From NCBI RefSeq assembly GCF_000238295.3, contig NZ_AHCD03000044.1, positions 1,056,845-1,080,844 of the forward strand: DNA of 24,000 nt. Direction: 5' to 3'. The notes beneath the pieces are model-generated. The model saw nothing but the letters and a program-made list of their open reading frames with translations. It was not told the origin of the DNA and did not search any database. Source of the stretch: Pseudoalteromonas rubra (lineage in GTDB: Bacteria > Pseudomonadota > Gammaproteobacteria > Enterobacterales > Alteromonadaceae). This document shows, in pieces, positions 15,805-24,000 of this stretch; position 1 is the first letter of the stretch, and every line of letters begins with the position of its first letter. Both the position numbers and the translations under genes were made by a program.

Positions 15805-15953
15805 TGTGTAATGTGGTGTAATTTGGAACTTGACCTCAATCAGAACAACCAAACATAACCTTATGATATAGTAGGAAAGTTTTAGATATTAGGAACGCCA
15901 GTCGGCCCCACAAGCGAAACAATGGATAGGAAACTCTCAAAGACAGGAATTTT

Positions 15954-17567
15954 ATGCGTTTAAAAGAAGCTTTAAGTGTTTTATCTAAGTCTTCACCTTA
16001 TTCAGTATCCACTCTAAGAACAGGTGAACAACCTGAAGACTACAAATATAAAGAGTACTTATACATTAAGCCTCAAATTGCAATTGACTTTGAAGCTTTG
16101 TTACTTGATAGCCCTGAAGGTAGCCTCTTGTTTTTGTGTGGTAGCTCAGGGGATGGTAAGTCAGAAATCCTAACTCGGCTTTGTAATAAACCCGAATTTC
16201 AAGATGTAGTATTTCATTTAGATGCCACTCATGGAAAAACCCAACACGGTACAGCGGTTGAAAGCCTTGATGAGCTGTTTGATGAACAGAAGCAACAACA
16301 ACATAAACTCGCTGTCGGTATTAATATTGGTATGTTCCAAAAGTTTATTAAGTTTGGCTCTGATAAGCATAGCGACATTAAAGTGCTATTTTCTAAATTT
16401 TTAGAAAATAGACATGAAAAAGGGTATCAAATAGAGAATGCATATTTTTATGATTTTGAAAGTTACCCAAGATTGCATTTCGATAAAGGCGGTGTGAAAT
16501 CTGAGTTTGTTTTTTCTTACTTAAAAAACTTAACAAAAGAATGTGACTCTAATCCATTTTACGAATTATATCTTTCAGAAAAAGAGAAAGAAAATCAGAT
16601 AGCTTATAACTTTCAAATAATAAGTTTGTCAGAATTTCAAAGTGCGCTTGTTTACTTATTTGGCCTGATTAGGTTGCATGATGAGCAATTTCTAATCCCT
16701 AGACTTTTTGTTGATTTTATTTATCAATTAATCACAACAGAAAATGATGACGGAATAATTGGTAATATTTTCACGTGCCTAGATAACCAGCTTTCGGAAA
16801 AAATAGTTGGTCAAGACCCGCTCCAATCCAGTAGCCAAAAGCTTGATAGCTTTTTACTCGCGCTAGCAACCGGTTCGTTAAGTGAAAATACTCTTGAAAG
16901 CATTAACTATCTTCAAAAAATGGCTGGTTGTAAGCTAAGCAAAAATAATCTAATTAGGTTTGCGTGGGTTTTAAATAAAGAGTTAGGTGACCTCTATCCT
17001 GAAAGTCAGTTAAACAATTTAATTAATAATGAAGTCTTAGAAAGTTACTGCGCTCTTTATGAAATACTTATTAAAAGTGAGTTTAACGAGGAAGAGGTAG
17101 ATTTATTAATCGGTATTTTAGAAGAAAATTTACTGGCTGATGTAGCTAACTATGTAAATAGAAAAGTTAATACCGATGTCAGTGGCTTTGTGATCAGTCG
17201 AGAACTAAAAGACTTTGCTATTTGTAACAAAATAGAAGCGGAAATAGACCTCGATTGGCTAGAGGAAAATAAACTAAAAGCTCCAGATATAATGCCAATA
17301 CGGTTTTTAGTTAATGGCGATGAGGCTGTTACTTTAAACCTTGATATAAAAGTATTTACTCTCATAAGAAATATCCAAAACGGGTACTTGCCAAACAGAA
17401 ACTTGCATAATGAGTACACAAAACTCGAAGAGTTTATATCTGAGTTAATCGCTGCTACTTCAAAGGCTAAGGAAGTGCGAATTATAGATAAAAAAGCGCA
17501 AGGTACTTTCTATGCTGAAGCAAAAAAGAGTCGTAGAGGCTACACAGTGGTAGGTGACTTCAAATGA
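15954..17567 (+). CDS. dptF: P-loop NTPase, DptF/DndF-like (candidate first gene of a phosphorothioation-dependent-restriction-like cassette)
   Basis: 537 aa, with AGGA 6-9 nt upstream of the ATG. Walker A GSSGDGKS is at aa 63-70 (nt 16140-16163), and a possible Walker B is VVFHLDATH. The gene is AT-rich and overlaps the next gene by ATGA. The Dpt assignment rests on size, P-loop position and three-gene synteny, not on a homology search. Confidence 0.6.
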   Translation: MRLKEALSVLSKSSPYSVSTLRTGEQPEDYKYKEYLYIKPQIAIDFEALLLDSPEGSLLFLCGSSGDGKSEILTRLCNKPEFQDVVFHLDATHGKTQHGTAVESLDELFDEQKQQQHKLAVGINIGMFQKFIKFGSDKHSDIKVLFSKFLENRHEKGYQIENAYFYDFESYPRLHFDKGGVKSEFVFSYLKNLTKECDSNPFYELYLSEKEKENQIAYNFQIISLSEFQSALVYLFGLIRLHDEQFLIPRLFVDFIYQLITTENDDGIIGNIFTCLDNQLSEKIVGQDPLQSSSQKLDSFLLALATGSLSENTLESINYLQKMAGCKLSKNNLIRFAWVLNKELGDLYPESQLNNLINNEVLESYCALYEILIKSEFNEEEVDLLIGILEENLLADVANYVNRKVNTDVSGFVISRELKDFAICNKIEAEIDLDWLEENKLKAPDIMPIRFLVNGDEAVTLNLDIKVFTLIRNIQNGYLPNRNLHNEYTKLEEFISELIAATSKAKEVRIIDKKAQGTFYAEAKKSRRGYTVVGDFK

Positions 17568-18877
17568 ATGAACATTTAATTCAATCAAAAAATAGGGTTA
17601 GTAGTAACTATAAAAATAACGCAGCTCGTTATCTCCCAATAGGTCCTAGTTTACCTACAGCACAAAACTTGAACTGGAATATTGTTTATAAAAGCTTATG
17701 CCGAAATATATTTTCACTTGAATGCAATATACAGACACGAAAAGAGTTTTATGAAAATATATTAAGAGACATTAAAGAGAATAGGCATACAAAAGATTTA
17801 GCTACAATTATTGAAAAAGTTTACTTTGAAAATACTGAGTCTTTTGAAATTACACCATACTCTAGGCTTATAAATAGCGAAAAAGTACATGCCAGAACTA
17901 AAACAATGGTAGATGTGTTTGATGCTATGCTGTGCGGCTTAACTACTGAAAATGTAGATTTTATAGGCAATAATTTTCTCGAAGAGATAGTAAATAATAC
18001 TGCTAAGCAATTGTGTAATGAAATTGTAAAAATTAAATCAAAGGCTCCATATTTGCCGTTTTTAGCAAAAAAATGCCAAGAAGATTTTTCATTTATTAGC
18101 GCGAGGCCTGAATTACTCAATGAGTCAATGGAACATCTTATAGAGATATACGCCTTTTTATACATTACTCAGTTATCACTTCATTTATATTCTCCTAAAT
18201 TACGTTTCAGTGAGCCAACCAGTCAGGAAATGTACTTTATCTTAGAAGGAGAAAAAGCAAGTAAAGAACGACACTTTACATTTTTAAAAGGTTACAAAAG
18301 GGTTTTTGAAAAAGATGTAGGAGCTAGTTATGATATTTTTCCTCATTTAGGTTACTTAGAGTTAATTGCAACCGAACCTCTTTGGGCTGTAAGTCAACAA
18401 GCCCATGAACAAGTTTTTATTGACCAAATAAACGAATTGAATTCCTCATTTTGTAATGAGTTTAATATTCACTTTGCTGGAAATCGCACCTCTTTTGAAG
18501 ACGCTATAAATGATGGGTTGACCTATCATAAAGAAATTTTTAAAGAAAATAACAAAAAGTCAGAGCGTTACAGAGCTAATCAAATGGTTTGTACTGCTGC
18601 AACAACTAATTTTGCTAGTAACTTTAAAGTCAATAAAGGCAGAGCTGGTGGTTGGTACTTCCAGTTATCAACTAAGACAGTATTACTTATCACGAATCTA
18701 ATTATTGGAAATAAGAAAAAGCTATTAATCGATGATGTAGTTGAAGGCTTTAATGAGCGTGGGATTTATTTCGATCTCAAATCTAAACAAGCACTTTTAG
18801 CGATTTATGAAAATATCGGAAATGTAATTAAATTAAGTGATAGTGGGGATGCAGTGTATGTCACAAGTACCATTTGA
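17564..18877 (+). CDS. dptG: 437-aa protein of unknown biochemical function, DptG/DndG-like by position and size
   Basis: It is translationally coupled on both sides, with ATGA at 17564-17567 and a 20-nt overlap with the next ORF. I recognise no catalytic motif. Its size and middle position match DptG. Confidence 0.55.
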   Translation: MNEHLIQSKNRVSSNYKNNAARYLPIGPSLPTAQNLNWNIVYKSLCRNIFSLECNIQTRKEFYENILRDIKENRHTKDLATIIEKVYFENTESFEITPYSRLINSEKVHARTKTMVDVFDAMLCGLTTENVDFIGNNFLEEIVNNTAKQLCNEIVKIKSKAPYLPFLAKKCQEDFSFISARPELLNESMEHLIEIYAFLYITQLSLHLYSPKLRFSEPTSQEMYFILEGEKASKERHFTFLKGYKRVFEKDVGASYDIFPHLGYLELIATEPLWAVSQQAHEQVFIDQINELNSSFCNEFNIHFAGNRTSFEDAINDGLTYHKEIFKENNKKSERYRANQMVCTAATTNFASNFKVNKGRAGGWYFQLSTKTVLLITNLIIGNKKKLLIDDVVEGFNERGIYFDLKSKQALLAIYENIGNVIKLSDSGDAVYVTSTI

Positions 18878-21800
18878 GTCGTTTCTCTTAAAGCTTTTTC
18901 TTGAAAGTATTGAACTTGGTAATACTCGTTCAACGAAATTCCATTATGTGTGTTCTGTTCCTGATAAAGCCAAAAAATTATTTAATGCGCGACTAGGTGT
19001 TTTGAATACAAAAAATAGCTCATTAATAATAGACGATGTCACAGTACCAGTTGTTGAAGCTGAATGTGGGTTAAAGTTGATTATTATGCTGCATGATAGT
19101 GCGGCAAAAGAAAAAGATACTTATAGCGAAGATTTTATTGCAAATGTAAGAGATGCGATCAATAACCTCGAAAATACAAGCTTATTCGTAATACATAATA
19201 GTGCTCTAGAGACAATACTAACAAGCTGTCAGGATATAAGTGTAAGCGATGGCGTTTTTACACCTGAGTATGTACAAAACCAGTTGGATAAATTAGCTCA
19301 AAAGCACAAACATACAAATGTCATTGAAGCTATTGCAGAGAAGCAAAAGCGTGACGTTGAAGAACAAAATTTAAGTGTATTTGGTTATGAAGCGTTATAT
19401 AACTCTATAATCAATAATGAAACAAAATTCCAACAGCACGGTCTTTTTCAAGATAGTCGCTTATTAGATTTCACTGATAGAAAAGCGATTAAAAATGACA
19501 TTAATAAAAATGGCAGGCTTTATACAGAGATAGAGGCAATCAAAAACGATCACCTTGATGAAAATAGCGCCAAAGAAAAATTTGAAAAGCTAGGTTTTGG
19601 TGAGAAATTTACAAAAGACAATTTTCTCAAGGGTGATAAATGGAAAGAGCTTGAGTTTAGTGCTTTAGAGACTGAAATAGAAAATAACAAAACAAGAAAA
19701 CTCACTTTTGAGCAATTAGAAGTAAATGGTCAAAAGCATAAACATATCAAAGCCCATGATGCAAAATGCAAAGTCAATAGTATTTTGATTGAAGCCGAAG
19801 CAGGCCCGCTGGAAATAAAGGTTAAATACAATAAAGGCGACACTTTACTTAAAATGGATGAAGTTAAAGTGGTCGGTGATTATGCGTTAAGCAGGTTAGA
19901 ACCACGTATCGGCAATCATGAAAAATATAGCATTCTGACAACTAACTTTAACTATGATGGTAGCGTTAAGTTATTCCAAATTAAGTTAAACCGCACGAGT
20001 GGCCCTGAAAAGATCCAACTTAATATTCTGTTGATCCCCAAAAATACACTCCCATTAATAAACATATGGGAAAAAATGACAATAGAGTTTAATCGTAATA
20101 AAGGGCAGGTAAACCTAGATAATGTCACTGAGCCGCTTGTATTTTATGAAGATTTAAATGAAGCCCTTGATGTATCAGCCGTTGACTCAAAAGTAGATTT
20201 ACTAAAAATAGGAAAAGTAAACTTCTTACCTTTACTTGAAGCTGAAACCGCAAGCACAGCGACTCTTTTTTATGAATTTCATGAATTACCAGTACACCTG
20301 TTTGGTAAAGCCAGTTTAGGAAAAATTAAACTACCGAGTATTCTTGATGAGAGTCGAATAAACAATATCTATAGTTTAGATGGTCAAGCAAATTATAAAA
20401 CAGATACTCAACGTGTTGTTTACGCAGGTAAAGAGAAAGAGCTTTCTGTAAGCGCAAAAGGCTTATGTAGGATAGAAGCTGAATTTATAGAAAGTAATTT
20501 ACTTTATAAGCACCAAACTACAGATGAGCAGCTCAAGCTAGTTGAATTAAAAGATATTAACGCCAATTTAGCTGAAGCATATCAAACTCTTTATAACTGG
20601 CTTTCGACTAACAATACCATATTGTCATTAACAAGCTGGCCCGAAGAATTACAAACAATAGTTGAGAGCTTACTTGAGCACTTTGAAACAGCCTTAAGTA
20701 GTATTCCAGAAAGCTCCTTATCTACTCATCATAAAGCCCTAGTTAAAGTGGGCATGTACCATGGGAAATTTGAGCAAGAAGAAGATACGACAGATTGGTT
20801 GACGCCTTTTCACCCTATGGTGTTGAGTTATTTATTGCAACTAGTAAAGCAAAATAATGACGGCAATAAAGTGATAGGCAAGCTGCCAAAAGTAACCATT
20901 GATAAATTGACACCAGCAGGTCTTCTTCCTGTTGTTTATGATGCTAACTATGACTACGCATATAGCAAGCCAGCTTCAGCAAATAGACTCTGGTTGCAAA
21001 TAGTACCTCAGAAGCAAAGTAATCAAAGTTATGTCGCTAAGTTAGTACAAGAAAAGCTTCATGATTTCATCGGTTGTTTCAACATGTTATTTGAGAGAAA
21101 TCAAAGTACGCCAGTACTAATAAACTCAATACATAACCAAAAGAATGAATATGTGTTTGAAGGCATAATAGATTACTATCGCCGAAATAAGGAAAAGGCA
21201 CTTCGAATTCATATCACTCTGTATGATGACAGGCTGCACAACACAGCGTTTGATACATTTACTGAGTCCACAGATATTAATTTACTTAGAAAGCTAGTAC
21301 GAAAGAAAGAAAGCGAAAAAGTAGACGAAACTGATTCTTTGATAAATCTTGTAAAAAGTAAACTTATTTACAGTAAGAAGGTTAATCAAGAAGATTATGT
21401 TTATGCTCACATTTCCTTTTTCAAAAACAATGAAAAAGTTAAGCTTGTCGACAAAGCTGCAAATAGCGCCAATTCTGGTGTTGGTTGTAATGGTTTAATT
21501 GCAGGTGAAGCTTCGTATCTAGAAAATGAAAACTATTACACTGGTTTTGGTATTAAAGGGCTTGAGCAGCTAAGCGCACCAGTAAGATTTGCACTGAAAT
21601 ACAATAGCTTGTTTAAGCCTTTTCGCGATAATACCGCGAGTTATAATCCCTCTATTGTTCCAGCATTGGCTGTTAAAGATACATTCAGGCAGTCATTAAA
21701 TTCGATTTATTCATCGAGTATATGGACATGCATTGTCGATCCAAAAGTAACGCTAGAGTTTTTTGATGATAAAGATACTATTCTGATCCATTATTCAGAT

Positions 21801-24000
21801 AAATACACAAATTGTACTGGCTATGATGCGATTACTATCTCTACTAAAACGGATTTGTATCGCGGCTTGCTGAAAGAAACCTCAACAGAATTGGTTAATT
21901 CATTTAATGCAATTAGTGGTCAATGGTTACTAGATGTAGTTAAAGCAGTGAGCAAACCGCAAACTGTCAGTGTTCAAAACCAATTGAAAGAGAAGCAAGG
22001 TATTGTTGCTGCTTATAAATTCGTTTCAGGCCTTTTGGCTAAAAGTGACATTACGTGGGTCCCTTTATCTATTGCTGAATTAATTAGAGTAACAGGCAAT
22101 TTAGGATTAAAAATATCTGAGTCTGATTTTTCAGCTCGTTTGCAGAATAAAAAGCATAAAGTGATGAGCGATGATTTATTGATTGTTGGATTCAAACAAA
22201 ACCAAATGTACTTGCTCTCACTTGAAGTAAAAACACGCGAAACAGGGAATGACTTCAGTAAAGCAATAGCGCAAGCTGTAGAATTAAAATCGTTTATGAG
22301 CGAGTTACTCTCTGGTAATGATTTAAAAGCGCAAATATACCGAACTCTATTTGTTCAGCACGTGTTCGCTCAGGTGGAACGGTTTGAGTTATATAAGCTT
22401 TTTCCAGAGAGTTACTTTGAAAAACTCGTGGATAATAAAGAGAGTTACCAGCAAGGTCAGTTTGAATTATGTGATGTCGAAGATTATGTTGATGGTTTTG
22501 CTATAGCCTTCAAAAACGACTTAAAAACAGCAAGGACAAAGCCTAAAGTAGATGAAGCAACCAACATACTTACAATTGAGATTTCATTTGGCTGGATGCG
22601 TTTTCTACAAAGTAACTCAATTGAATTAATAAATGAAAAATTAACTGTTAGCCAAGAGTTGCCTGAGTTAAGCAAGTACACATTATTTGCTACCGAGCCC
22701 AAATTATTAAAGTCTGAGCCGTTGGTTATTAGCAACGATTTTAATGAAGATATTAACGCCAAAGAAATTGAAGCTCTGCAACTTGATAGTGAATACAACA
22801 ATGATATAGAAATTAGCGATATAGAAAGCAGCGAAGAAACAGAAATTTCGTGGAATGCGCAGTTTGACTATCCAGAAGAGTTTGATGAATTAATTACTCT
22901 ACTGTGCGAATGCTTACAGTGTAATTTAACGAAAGAAGACCTGTTTGCACTTACCGAAAGTGATTTCTTAGGTTTAGTTAACAACGATAATAATTATTTA
23001 TTGCCTTTCTATAAGTTAAAGGATTTTCTCAACAATCCAATTCAAAAAAAAGCCAAAGCAAGAGTTGTATTACTTAAAGACTTACTAATTGACCAAGAAT
23101 TTAATGCGCTCTCAAACTTTATTATTCGTTCATTTGGTGAAGAAATTACAGTTGAGCAAGTTACCGAGTTAAAAGACGCTCAAATGTTAGCGTTAACTGG
23201 TTTTGGTAAAGGTAAGCTTGCAAAATTTAATGAATTTAAAAAAAAGTTAGCTGAGGATACATTTGCGGTAGCGGCCAGCGTTGAAGTCACATTATTAATA
23301 GAAGATTATGATATTGACTTGGCACGCTTAGAAACAGAGTTAAGCAATAGTTTACAAAGCTATTTAGAATCAGCTAAAGAGCGTGATAAACAGATTTTCA
23401 CTCGTAGATTAGGCATAAACACCCAGAGTGAAACACTTGAAGAGATAGGCAAAGACTTCGATGTAACAAGAGAGCGTATTAGACAATTAGAAGTCAAAGC
23501 CAAAAAGAGCTTTCTTTCTAAATTAACCGTATCTCAAAAAGTCATTAAAGCAGTTGTGCAGTCAAATTTGAGTGAATTGCGTGAGCCTTTATTTCCTCAA
23601 TTAAGGCACAGTTTTACCAACCAAAAACAGTTTTATATGTTTTTAGAACTTTGCTGTGGCCTTGAAGAAAACGAAATTCAATACATTACAAACCCATCAT
23701 TATCTAGAGACACTTTTAACGAATTTTGGATAGCTAACAAGTCGCCAGCACCGCTTGAAGACTTTATTTGGTATTTGCATGAAACTGCTGATATTGATTT
23801 GGCGGTAGCTGAAAATCAAATATTAAGATGGCAAGAAAGTGGCCACCTTGAGTTAGTAAACGAAAACGTTAAACCGCTAAAACTACCTAAAGTTGAGGCT
23901 ATTGCAAATACATTGCTAGATTTTCCAAATGGTGCAGCATGGCAATTGCTTCAACAGAAAGCGGAAGAAAAAGGCATTAGTGCAAATGAAATGTTGCTTG
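18858..24000 (+). CDS. dptH: giant multidomain protein (at least 1714 aa, 3' end outside the window), DptH/DndH-like by position and size, with a PD-(D/E)xK-like motif, HhH-like repeats and a sigma-70 region-4-like HTH
   Basis: I checked the frame line by line and found no stop from ATG 18858 (GGGGA 8 nt upstream; alternative ATG at 18849) to nt 24000. It is absent from the ORF track because no stop lies in the window. Motifs: DD(1105-1106)...LSLEVK(E1123, K1125); [10 protein letters not shown], which is HhH-like; and [23 protein letters not shown], compared with E. coli RpoD [23 protein letters not shown]. No GxxxxGK[ST] occurs in the 1714 aa visible. Confidence 0.6.
   Translation, partial: [1714 protein letters not shown]

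Noticed and set aside
22013-22801. Minus-strand ORFs 22013..22195 and 22484..22801 listed in the track
   Set aside because: They are antisense to a + strand frame that is continuously open for more than 5.1 kb with coherent domain-like motifs. Such antisense ORFs are expected by chance in AT-rich coding DNA.

Overview
All calls come from reading the sequence and the ORF track. No homology search was possible, so functions rest on motif recognition and gene architecture. The window is a compositional mosaic, probably chromosomal DNA of a marine gammaproteobacterium; that origin is inferred from gene content and REP-like repeats only.

**1-4.3 kb:** The tail of an unidentified CDS is followed by a DUF697-like protein and a small membrane protein. 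A YojI/cyclic-peptide-type half-ABC exporter then follows, translationally coupled by an ATGA overlap to an SPFH/band-7 protein.

**4.7-14.2 kb:** A LuxR-family solo regulator sits divergent from a 1325-aa hybrid two-component sensor (propeller repeats, Y_Y_Y, HisKA, HATPase, REC, AraC HTH). A secreted ~640-aa Asp-box protein follows. Two small paralogous minus-strand genes (57 and 54 aa) are absent from the ORF track. Each encodes a 30-aa double-glycine (GG) leader plus a short divergent core, and together they bracket the two regulators. No C39-peptidase transporter or modifying enzyme is visible.

**14.3-14.7 kb:** A composite tandem repeat array ends in a REP-like hairpin, and dispersed copies of that hairpin occur at about 4.5 and 12.0 kb.

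**15.2-15.8 kb:** A GC-rich class I SAM methyltransferase.

**15.95-24.0 kb:** An abruptly AT-rich, translationally coupled three-gene cassette: a 537-aa P-loop protein, a 437-aa protein, and a giant ORF that is still open after 1714 codons at the window edge. The giant ORF is missing from the ORF track because it has no stop in the window. Sizes and order match DptF/G/H (DndFGH) phosphorothioation-dependent restriction modules, but no dnd or ssp modification genes are in view. The giant protein has a PD-(D/E)xK-like motif, two helix-hairpin-helix-like repeats and a very RpoD-like sigma-70 region-4 HTH, and it has no P-loop in its first 1714 aa. I consider this cassette and the GG-leader peptide pair the two most interesting items.
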